Position numbers and translations under genes: made by a program. Source: Nemertoderma westbladi (lineage: Eukaryota; Animalia; Xenacoelomorpha). From it: a stretch of 63,639 nucleotides of DNA. The stretch's first letter is position 1. Each line of letters opens with the position of its first letter. The stretch lies in the NCBI GenBank assembly GCA_032718475.1, contig JAUCBJ010003479.1:1-63639 (forward strand). The letters are read 5' to 3'. Positions 1 through 11,081 of the stretch are shown one piece after another. The notes under the pieces were generated by a model that searched no databases, was not told the origin of the DNA, and worked only from the letters and a program-made list of their open reading frames with translations.

Positions 1-2129
1 ACCGCAAACTAAGCAGCCCCATTTCCCTGTGCAAGACTCCACACAGTGACCCCTGGACAAACAGCGATAACATCGTCCATCTCTTTCTACATGCTCTTTC
101 CTTTCATGTGGTTCCATCTCTTTATACTTTGGGCACTTAAGTAAAGAGTGATCGGTTGACCTGCACAATATGCAAGTATAACGTATCCTCTTTACCTGGT
201 TTAGTGCCTTTGGTATCTTATTGGGATATTTAATCGACTGTCCATCCTTCGGTTGCGTAATCTGGGTACTATATGAAGATACTTTACCTGACTTAACTAA
301 AAACTGTCGGTCGTTATCTTTATTCCGCTTATAACTGTCACTATGATGTCTCTCTCTATATTCTTTTGCAGCTGTGCTGTTAATTATTCGAGCTTCCTTC
401 TTTAGCCATGATGCCAGCTCCTCTAATTTCGGATAGGAACCGCTTTCCTCCATTACATCGACTTTCCTCAGCCATTTGTCATATATTTTGTAAGGTAATT
501 TACTAGCAATCTCAGTAATATTGCGTTGGCTGTTCAATTCGTGTGGTCTCTGTAATGCAGCAAGGGTCTTTGCCGTTCTGTTCACTTTATCAGAATATGC
601 CTGAATTTCTACTGGTGTTTCCACACTTTTTCCCGCCAACAAATTTCTTATGGAATCGTTAATAATTCTGACTGGGTTTCCAAAACGTTCCTCTAGCTCT
701 TGCCATGCTTCCATATATCCTTCTTCACCTTGCCCTTCTAAATGCTTTATCAGTTCCAATGGTGAGCCATCCAAAAATTGTAGTAAATGTACTAACTTTT
801 CCTGTGGTGCCAAAATCGTATTATGGACCTGCTGAAAGAACCTTTGTTTAAAGTTTAACCATTCTAATGGCTCGCCCCGATACTTTATCGGTATTGGTCT
901 GGGCAAATTCTGTCTTTGTTCATGGCGAATCCAGTAATGAATGTCTGAAGGGTTGCCTACAGGTAGTGCAGGGTCCGCGTTTGTCTCATAGCTTTGAAAC
1001 GGTGATAAGTTATTATTCGTTACCTTATTATTGCCATGATTTCCAGGGGCAAATTTTATTCTACTGTATGTATCTTCTGCTTCAATGTATGCACTCAACT
1101 TACGTATGCACCCTCGGCATAAAGTGGCTGCATCACACGCCCTCTTGGATTCCCCCATTATATCATGACATGTGTCATATTTACCGTCAAATATATTTTT
1201 CACGAAATTACTTATTTCCTGTTGCAACTCAATCAATTTATTTAGTTGTAAATGTGCTAGATCACGCCCAGCTGTCCTATCTATAATTTCAATTGCCCGT
1301 TTGCAATTTGATTCCACCTGTAATATGGTTTGGCTCATATTTTCTATCTCCTCTACGACATGTACTAGATATACATTATTCCTATTATGTTGTGCACTAT
1401 TGTGTTGGTCGCTATTTCCTGGCCTGATGCTCCGTGCAAGAGGGGTGTGGGTGCCCCCTGGAGGCATCAGTCCCTCAGTTGACCAGCTAGCCGATACCGG
1501 TACCTGATGGCCAGGTTGCATTTGATCATACCCAGTGTAGCTTCCTCTATCCTGTTCTGATTGCCGTTTAGGCCTAAACCTTACCTGTTGTGTTTGCTCA
1601 TCCTGTCTGCTAAACTCCCTTCCGGTGACTGGTAACTCCCCGTTTCCAGTTGCTGTTCGTACACCAGCCCTAAAACGTGTTCGCTGTGGATCTGCCGAGC
1701 TGATTAAACCAGCTACCGGTAGGCCTAGCTCATAGTCCCCGTGATGGAGGTTGTCTGGATTTCCCGCCAAGACTGGTCCGGGTTTCTGCCCATGTTGGCG
1801 TTCTGAAACTGGGAACGGTTGTTGTACATGAATATTGCGTCGTCCAGGCAGGTTCCCACCTTGGGGACGTCATCTGTTGGACTCGATCTCGCCGCCGGCG
1901 CTCCTAGGCCTAGAGATGTCATCAACGAATGTAACTGATGTTCGTCGTCGATTAATGTTCGGGGGTTGTGGTTATACGGAACTTGTGGCACCTGAGTGAC
2001 AGTTGATGATCTTTCAGGTGCGATGTGCGAATACGCTGGATTCCATAAACTACCGGCAGGCATTGCTGAAACTGCAGGCCAAGTGGATTCGTTATACCCG
2101 GAACAGGAACCGGCTTTGGATTCATCCAT
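1..2129 (-). CDS. gag: BEL/Pao retrotransposon gag of the left element; runs off the window, with a probable frameshift near the N-terminus
   Basis: I translated the - strand by hand: the frame is open from 1869 to 1. It reads PIKYRGEPLEWLNFKQRFFQQVHNTILAPQEKLVHLLQFLDG...AWQELEERFGNP (DUF1759-type BEL gag core), then knuckles CILCRSTDHSLLKC, CYRCLSRGHCVESC and CLVCG. The MDESKAG ORF (2129-1725) is in another frame that overlaps it, implying an indel between ~1730 and 1870. The ORF track misses this frame because it has no stop in the window. Confidence 0.88.
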
Positions 2130-2508
2130 TACGAATTACTTATTCGATGTTATATGATTGACTCTTAGTTTATTTTATTTATTTATATTATTATGTCACG
2201 TTTATTTGTGTAATCTATATTTACCCGAGCGATATATCTAATGTAATATACTTTGTTTGGTTGCTCTCAATGTTTTACTAATTCACAGGTGCTGTGGTTC
2301 TTAAACAAACACCAGTGCCTGTAAACAAGTTATTGACTGTGTTCTTCTTTACTAATAATTATGCGCTTGTCGCTATGTTACTACCTAGGTAATCGTTCTC
2401 ATACGCTGGTGTAAACAGTATAAACTCACTTTATGAAACTCCGTGTTTTAGTACAGTAGGGTTGTGTTGCGATCCTATTTGGAGATCGCTAGTGATGATG
2501 TCCGTTGC

Positions 2509-3057
2509 AATCACATGCGCTGGGATAATAACAATCCCCAGTTCATGTAATGGCTATTAAATCAAGTTATACAGTCAACATAAATTAATAATATAATCAA
2601 TCAGCTTTCAATCACATGCGCTGGGATAACAAATCGCCAGTTCATGTAATCTTTTAAAATAAAGTTATAAAGAAAACATAAATTAATACTATACCGGTAA
2701 TAGTAATAATCAGCTATTCAATCACATACGCTGGGATATAACAATAACCAGTTCATGTAATCTTAGCCTAATATAAATTTTAAAGAAAACAGAACTGAAT
2801 AATATAATCAACCTTTTAATCACAAGCGCTGGTATAATAACAATAACCAGTTCATGTAATCTTAGCCTAATATAAATTTTAAAGAAAACAGAACTGAATA
2901 ATATAATCAACCTTTTAATCACAAGCGCTGGTATAATAACAATAACCAGTTCATGTAATCTTAGCCTAATATAAATTTTAAAGAAAACAGAACTGAATAA
3001 TATAATTAACCTTTTAATCACAAGCGCTGGTTTAATAACAATAACCAGTTCATGTAA
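2509..3057. repeat. ~99-bp tandem repeat (~6 copies) in the 5' leader of the left BEL element
   Basis: Unit AATCACAAGCGCTGGTATAATAACAATAACCAGTTCATGTAAT... recurs at ~2509, 2610, 2720, 2819, 2918 and 3017. Confidence 0.92.
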
Positions 3058-3544
3058 TTAAACAAATTATGAACGAAACATAAATAATATACCGGTAAAA
3101 ATAATAATAAGTTACGTATGATTAAGAAAGGTTTATAATTCAATCAAGAAGAATAAATAAATTAATAAAATAGAAAATTCAATTTATTAATCGAAAAAGT
3201 TTAAAAATGGCCTCAAATTCATTTACTTAATGTTGGCCCGGTTTACAACATTGTGATTCGCGCTGGCCGGGAGCAATCAAATGACGCGCTACTGGCTACG
3301 AACTGGATTGAGAGGTCCATCAAAGGGAAAAGCATCAGGGGCCCGAACGGGCTAATATACGGAAAACACTAACCGTGATCAATTGAAGGGCTATTCCACT
3401 TATAATGTATCTCAAAGTCAAGCAATATAAACACCCAAATAATAATCAATGTACGTATACTATAGATAAACCTATTAGGTTCCCAACAAATCTAGGTAGC
3501 CGCTAGCAGCGGTAAATGAATTTGCTGAGCCCAAAGCTACGAAT

Positions 3545-3760
3545 GAATAATGAACTTGGAACTCAGGCTTTTATAGTCTTTAGATCTGGGCCCCAAAATA
3601 TATCATAACAATACAAACCAATAGCAGAGCATCATTGAATGTAAATGAACTGTCATTGGTCCAAGTATTTGTGGGTCCAGCCAATGGAGCTTCATAGCCT
3701 CTTATAGCAAAGGCACATATTCTGGGTCGAGCCATGTAAATAGGTAAGCTTCACCCAATA
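3545..3760 (-). promoter_or_regulatory. Pol II promoter of the putative left LTR (CCAAT cluster, TATA box, Inr-like TCATT)
   Basis: The - strand reads GACTATAAAAGCC (TATA at 3575-3569), with TCATT motifs ~15-25 nt downstream and several CCAAT/ATTGG motifs upstream. Confidence 0.5.
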
Positions 3761-4187
3761 GGGTAAATTAACGCCTACATTAACCGCCCATCAGAAGTCA
3801 CTGACTTCTAACTAACAACAATAAACAGCGTTAAGTTATCCCTAGACAAATTAAACCTCAACAATTATTCACTAATTATCTATCTAAATTATGTATCAAC
3901 AACAATCAAATTAATGTAGAATCATTTATATTTATATACTTACAATATGTATGCCTAATGCACAATAAAATCGAAAATTACAGAACATTCATAACATCAT
4001 TATAGTTTACCGATGTAACTGATAGTTCATAGCACATAATTTGAACATAAATCACTATATACAGTATATCTTCTATACTTAAACGCTAACGAATAATTAG
4101 TGCGATATTACTATAATATAACTTGGAATAATATATATAATGTACAATATATGTACGTACAGTACATATCAATGAGACATGGCTCAA

Positions 4188-4481
4188 GCATCGTTCGCCA
4201 CCAGGGCATAAATATTCGGTCGTTCTTAATGAACAGAGGGCTAAAGATGTTGCTGAAGCATCGTTTGCCATAAAGGCAGATATTTCGTTTGTTCTATATG
4301 AACAGAGGGCTAAAGCTTGTATTACTAAAAGCTAAAGCATCGGTTGCTCGAAGAGCAAAATATTCGTTTGTTCTTTGCGAACGGAGGGCTAAATTAAAAA
4401 ACGCAGAATAATTTAGCATCGTTTGTACAAATAAGGCACAAATAATAATCGTTTGTTCTACGTAAGAACAGAGGGCTAAAG
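4188..4481. repeat. Degenerate ~70-80 bp repeats (4 copies) in the putative U3
   Basis: GCATCGTT...ATATTCGTTTGTTCT...GAACAGAGGGCTAAA recurs four times. Confidence 0.8.
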
Positions 4482-4804
4482 GCATCATGTTTATCAATTT
4501 AGATTACCTAAACAAAGGTACCGGTATATAAATAAATTGGGTTAATTAAATTCAAATACACATTTTCATTTTACTTTACATTTTACCAATGTCAAAAGTA
4601 GTAACCAGTAAAGTTATATAAATTTACTAAATATTACAGTATGTTTCCTTAGTCCAAATCCTTTTCTCTACTGTACCTTTATTACGTCAGTTAATTCTCG
4701 CCGCCCACCTTGAATAAATCGGAGAAAAAAAAAAAAAAAAAAACTTTCCATCTGTTGCCGCCCACCTTGAACCAATCCATTTAGGTTGCTTTCCAATTAT
4801 TCGC

Positions 4805-6700
4805 CTAACATTTCGCGCACTTACAGTCTTTGTATTGTCGTAGAGTCTGTGAGATTTCCTCAACATTATCCTTTGTCACCTTTGTAATCATCTCGATCGT
4901 GGTTGTAACCGAGGTGTGGATGGCATAATCAACCAGATCTTCGTAATCGAATTTTCGCGTGTTCAGGATTCCCCTACATTGCCATTCCATTGGGATAGGA
5001 AAAAAACCAATACTTATAGCCGCTACGTCTCTATCTCGAGATTTCAATCGGTTCATGAGAGCCAGATTACATGTTGCGTATTTCTCAAATCTTCTTAGCA
5101 TTTCTTGCTGCTTAGCCATGTCGTCTTGGCAATGAAATAGGGCATGACCTCTACAACCACATCTGGGGCACCGATTCAAGAGCAGTGGACAAACCTGTAA
5201 CGAGTGTTCCTTCTGGCTTCCACAATAATTGCAGCTACTCCTACCAATTCTGAAGTGGCATACCTTGGGTCCCAGATGTTCTCCCCATTTCGATTGTGCT
5301 ATAGGACAAGTTGGCAAAGCACATCGCCGACAGGCTGGGTAATGGTCTTTTTGCATTGGAACGAATTTGTTCCTGGTAGGAAGCTTCGGAATTTGAGCAA
5401 AAGGTCTTTGGAGCCCATTATGATCATGAGTGTTCTTATATACCTCCATCTCTAACTCATTTAGCGACGTAAGGTAGATACTAGCTAGGGTGTATGCGGA
5501 TGATGGTATTGGATCATCTTGGTCAATATCGTATCCTTCCAAATCAATGATAGCTGGATCCAGGTCTTCAGCGAGACTTATACTAACATTCCCTGCGGTA
5601 TGTTGCTGTAGTTGTTTCATTCCATCATCCTCTTTTATCATTGTTCTCAAAATTCCAACCATTGCTTTAGCCAGCTCTCCTTTCCAGTTCCTCAAAGTTG
5701 AGATCATCCTTGTGGGTTGATCAACCACCGCTTCATGACAGAACTTGCAAATTCCGCAAACCATGTCCTGAATTACCTCTGATAATCTGACTCGTTGTTG
5801 GTGTGATAGGTTCCGGTTTCCTTTCTTCTCACCACTAGTGAATATGTTATCCAACCTATCCGTGTTTTCAAACCTTTCCCAGCAACTAACCTTTAGATCA
5901 TACTTCCTAGTAACTTGAATAACGTTGAACAAAATAAAATTGGCGGCATTTTCAGTACGTGATGTTGATGCTGATCTATCCATATTGTCAAAAGCTGCAA
6001 ATATATGTCGATATCATTTATTGTAACATGAAGTTCCATCATTTTCTGGCACCTTTTCCGATTCATGCCAGATCCTTTTGGTGATTGTAATAGCGCAGAA
6101 GCTACATAATCTGCTTCTGCTTCTCCAAATTCAGGTGATTTCAACTCTAAAGCTTCTTCAAGTGCTGCAAGTGCAAGAGCATCGCGTAGGCCACGTTCCT
6201 TTGCCAAGCGAGTAATTTCTTTCTGTTGCCGCTCTGATTTTTGTAATAACAATGTGTCAGCCTGATCTGTCTGAGCAGCTGCTCCTGACTGCTCGAGCTG
6301 TAGCAGAAGTAATTTTCGCTTGACTTTGGCACGATGAACTCGAACTGATGCGCTCGTAGAGGTTCGAGAATGTGCTATAGAGCCAGAGTGAGTTGAAATT
6401 GTTCGATTACGTTTGAGCTCGCCAACTTGCAATTGTTCATGAGATGATACATACTGTGGAACATCTGAAGGCACAACTACAATAGGTATGGCGTTACTCC
6501 GACATGTCTGGGTCTGAGTCACGGTCTGCTCATTGCTATTAATATATTCGCGAATGTCATTGAGTTTAGATTCAAGGTCTGACAATACAGTTACTGATTG
6601 GGCAGCTAGCTCACGTGACACATCAGAAAACCCAAATCTTTCGAAATCGAAAGTTGATTTTTCATAGTGACTACACAAAGATTTGTATACATTAATACAA
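4805..6700 (-). pseudogene. Accessory ORF of the left BEL element: N-terminal coiled coil plus C-terminal CCHC zinc-knuckle module (disrupted)
   Basis: ORFs 5893-6735 and 4805-5983 can be joined through one frameshift (~6070) and one in-frame TGA (6014-6016). The C-terminal CNYCGSQKEHSLQVCPLLLNRCPRCGCRGHALFHC has the same Cys/His spacing as ORF 26381-26935. Confidence 0.7.
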
Positions 6701-9545
6701 GTAGTAGTTCTAATTGTGAATGTCATTAGTTCCAATTTAATAGCACACAGACGTAATCACACGTCAGTAGTTCTAAACCAAGCGTCAGTAATTCTAAACC
6801 GGATACGTCAATAGTTATAATCAAAGCGTCAGTAGTTCTAATTGTGAATGTCATTAGTTCCAATTTAATAGCACACAGACTTAATCACACGTCAGTAGTT
6901 CTAAACCAAGCGTCAGTAATTCTAAACCGGATACGTCAATAGTTATAATCAAAGCGTCAGTAGTTCTAATTGTGAATGTCATTAGTTCCAATATAACTGC
7001 ACACAGACTTAATCACACGTCATTAGCTCTAAACCAAGCGTCAGTAGTTCTAATTGTGAATGTCATTAGTTCCAATTTAATAGCACACAGACGTAATCAC
7101 ACGTCAGTAGTTCTAAACCAAGCGTCAGTTGTTCTAAACCGGATACGACAATAGTTATAATCAAAAAGTCAGTAGTTCTAATTGTGAATGTCATTAGTTC
7201 CAATTTAATAGCACACAGACGTAATCACACGCCAGTAGTTCTAAACCAAGCGTCAGTAGTTCTAATTGTGAAAGTCATTAGTTCCAATTTAATACCACAC
7301 AGACGTAATCACACGTCAGTAGTTCTAAACCAAGCGTCAGTAGTTCTAAACCGGATACGACAATAGTTATAATCAAAAAGTCAGTAGTTCTAATTGTGAA
7401 TGTCATTAGTTCCAATTTAATAGCACACAGACGTAATCACACGCCAGTAGTTCTAATTGTGAATGTCATTAGTTCCAATTTAATAGCACACAGACGTAAT
7501 CACACGCCAGTAGTTCTAATTGTGAATGTCATTAGTTCCAATTTAATAGCACACAGACGTAATCACACGCCAGTAGTTCTAAACCAAGCGTCAGTAGTTC
7601 TAATTGTGAAAGTCATTAGTTCCAATTTAATAGCACACGCACTTAATCACACGTCAGTAGTTCTAATTGTGAATGTCATTAGTTCCAATTTAATAGCACA
7701 CAGACTTAATCACACGTCAGTAGTTCTAAACCAAGCGTCAGTAGTTCTAAACCGGATACGACAATAGTTATAAACCAAGCGTCAGTAGTTCTAATTGTGA
7801 ATGTCATTAGTTCCAATTTAATAGCACACAGACGTAATCACACGCCAGTAGTTCTAATTGTGAATGTCATTAGTTCCAATTTAATAGCACACAGACGTAA
7901 TCACACGCCAGTAGTTCTAAACCAAGCGTCAGTAGTTCTAATTGTGAAAGTCATTAGTTCCAATTTAATAGCACACAGACGTAATCACACGTCAGTAGTT
8001 CTAAACCAAGCGTCAGTAGTTCTAATTGTGAAAGTCATTAGTTCCAATTTAATAGCACACAGACGTAATCACACGTCAGTAGTTCTAAACCAAGCGTCAG
8101 TTGTTCTAAACCGGATACGTCAATAGTTATAATCAAAGCGTCAGTAGTTCTAATTGTGAATGTCATTAGTTCCAATTTAATAGCACACAGACGTAATCAC
8201 ACGTCAGTAGTTCTAAACCAAGCGTCAGTAATTCTAAACCGGATACGTCAATAGTTATAATCAAAGCGTCAGTAGTTCTAATTGTGAATGTTATTAGTTC
8301 CAATTTAACTGCACACAGACGTAATCACACGTCAGTAGTTCTAAACCAAGCGTCAGTAGTTCTAATTGTGAATGTCATTAGTTCCAATTTAATAGCACAC
8401 AGACGTAATCACACGTCAGTAGTTCTAAACCAAGCGTCAGTTGTTCTAAACCGGATACGACAATAGTTATAATCAAAAAGTCAGTAGTTCTAATTGTGAA
8501 TGTCATTAGTTCCAATTTAATACCACACAGACGTAATCACACGTCAGTAGTTCTAAACCAAGCGTCAGTAGTTCTAATTGTGAATGTCATTATTTCCAAT
8601 TTAATAGCACACAGACGTAATCACACGTCAGTAGTTCTAAACCAAGCGTCAGTTGTTCTAAACCGGATACGACAATAGTTATAATCAAAAAGTCAGTAGT
8701 TCTAATTGTGAATGTCATTAGTTCCAATTTAATAGCACACAGACGTAATCACACGTCAATAGTTCTGAACCAAGCGTCAGTAGTTCTAAACCGGATACGT
8801 CAATAGTTATAATCAAAGCGTCAGTAGTTCTAATTGTGAATGTTATTAGTTCCAATTTAACTGCACACAGACGTAATCACACGTCAGTAGTTCTAAACCA
8901 AGCGTCAGTAGTTCTAATTGTGAATGTCATTAGTTCCAATTTAATAGCACACAGACGTAATCACACGTCAGTAGTTCTAAACCAAGCGTCAGTTGTTCTA
9001 AACCGGATACGACAATAGTTATAATCAAAAAGTCAGTAGTTCTAATTGTGAATGTCATTAGTTCCAATTTAATACCACACAGACGTAATCACACGTCAGT
9101 AGTTCTAAACCAAGCGTCAGTAGTTCTAATTGTGAATGTCATTAGTTCCAATTTAATAGCACACAGACGTAATCACACGTCAGTAGTTCTAAACCAAGCG
9201 TCAGTTGTTCTAAACCGGATACGACAATAGTTATAATCAAAAAGTCAGTAGTTCTAATTGTGAATGTCATTAGTTCCAATTTAATAGCACATAGACGTAA
9301 TCACACGTCAGTAGTTCTAAACCAAGCGTCAGTTGTTCTAAACCGGATACGTCAATAGTTATAATCAAAGCGTCAGTAGTTCTAATTGTGAATGTCATTA
9401 GTTCCAATTTAATAGCACACAGACGTAATCACACGTCAGTAGTTCTAAACCAAGCGTCAGTTGTTCTAAACCGGATACGTCAATAATTATAATCAAAGCG
9501 TCAGTAGTTCTAATTGTGAATGTCATTAGTTCCAATTTAATAGCA
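6701..9545. repeat. 2.8 kb higher-order satellite built from ~21-bp subunits
   Basis: Blocks of 63 bp (GTAGTTCTAATTGTGAATGTCATTAGTTCCAATTTAATAGCACACAGACGTAATCACACGTCA), 21 bp (GTAGTTCTAAACCAAGCGTCA) and 44 bp combine into 63, 84, 128, 212 and 552 bp periods. Confidence 0.97.
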
Positions 9546-9745
9546 AACTGGACCGTCAGTTATTATATTTAATTACAATTATCATTGTTAATTCGCCGAG
9601 ACGAGACATTATTTCGCCGAGATGAGATTTAAGTATCAATATCAGTCAATATCTATAGTTGCAATATCTTTGCGAATGTTTATTCCCTTAGCATTCTCAT
9701 TGCCACTTCTATATGGTGTACTGTAGCAACCAACAGAACATAACA

Positions 9746-11015
9746 TGTAAAAGCTTCTGTGGGATATAACTGGCCCTTTTGCTTCGCAATCCAGTTTCCC
9801 CCCCCCCCCCAGGCGCTGGAATACTCTAAAAGGTTCTCTAACTGTATATATATTCCCCTCGCCCGCAAGGTACCGTTATAGGTGTTTTAACGGACATAAA
9901 AGTCCTTCTGCTATATACGTGTTTTGGCGGACATGGTAAGGCAAAAAACCTGCAATGTACCAAATACCTTTACACAGCTTAGCCTTGATGATTCAGATTG
10001 CGACATCTAGCAGCTGGTTGCTGGCATGGAAACAGCCATTGGACGCAGGGTTCTTTGTTTGGCTTGAGCCAATCAGAGCGATTTTTTCTGTCGACGTGTA
10101 GATATTTGGTCGATCATGCTGGGAGTGTTCAGTCTTACTGTTTTTTTAGTGATACTTTGTGTTATTGCTATCTGGGCCAGGAACACCGGCTAGAGTCAAC
10201 TCGGTTTCATACTTTAGAAGAAACATTTGTAGGCTTAAATTATAGAGCGTATAACCGTTATCATAACTTATCACATCACTTATCTAATCATATCAACTGA
10301 TCGCAATTCAGTCGTACATTATCGGTTCAATATACATTATTATACTGCTATTTACTATTGTTTGGTTGAATATTATTTGGAGAACATTTATAAAGAACCC
10401 AAATTTCCCAATTTTCTTGATACACTACAGGTTAGAGAGACGGGTTATATATAGCGATTGCGACTTATATTATTGTGTATGTAGTGAATTTAATGCTATT
10501 TGATAAGCACTACATTGGTCCGTTGCTGTTCTCTTTATATATGATAAAAATCATTGACGGTCGGCAAATTAGTGGGCAGTATTGTGTGTTACCGGTAGTG
10601 TGCATGATTGTGACTGATAACGAAGCATTTCCTAAAGAATGCGCCTTATACGTGAATCATAAGCCTTACTGTTGCGTGTAGTATAAGTCATATCTCTGTT
10701 TACCTAGATAGAGCGCCACGTCGTAAAGGAACTGTTAATATTTCCCGAAAGTGAATAATATTAGTCAGAAATTATTTATTAACGATCAATCGAATAATAC
10801 AATACAGTAAGCTTCACTGCAATAATAATCTGAGCCCTCAGAATCCAGTCTCCCGGGTATATCCAGCGGGTGAATGGACGCGCACTAGGCTGGCTTCTGC
10901 TAATGTTGTTTTTATTGGTATTAAATATTTGTCATCTTCTAAAGTCTATTTATAAACCAAAAGACATATAAATTTTGGCAGGTTAAACTGCTAAAGGTCT
11001 TCAAAAGCGCTTACA
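9746..11015 (+). repeat. LTR1 (1270 bp)
   Basis: Runs TGTAAAAGCTT...AAGCGCTTACA. It is nearly identical to 27389-28652: about 10 substitutions seen by eye plus a C13 vs C7 run. Confidence 0.95.
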
Positions 11016-11081
11016 ATAACGGTTATTGACTTTATTGCAGTAAGCAATAAAGTTGAAAGTACCGGTCGACCGGTAAACCTG

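Larger units (their letters stand above)
3231..4695 (-). mobile_element. Putative LTR of the left BEL element (boundaries inferred; only one copy in the window)
   Basis: Lies between PPT-like TTCAAGGTGGGCGGC motifs (4700-4714, 4757-4771) and the gag leader. It has CCAAT boxes at ~3618-3760, TATAAAA at 3575-3569, and ends ...GGGCCAACA at 3231 on the - strand. There is no clean 5' TG and no second copy to confirm the ends. Confidence 0.45.

Noticed and set aside
6701-9545. Possible CRISPR-like array or repeated small genes (MNVISSN... ORFs)
   Set aside because: No unique spacers, eukaryotic context and no cas genes; the ORFs are translations of a satellite.
10974-10990. TTTTGGCAGG as a tRNA PBS
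   Set aside because: It lies inside the LTR: LTR3 continues ~40 bp further to TACA followed by the TSD.
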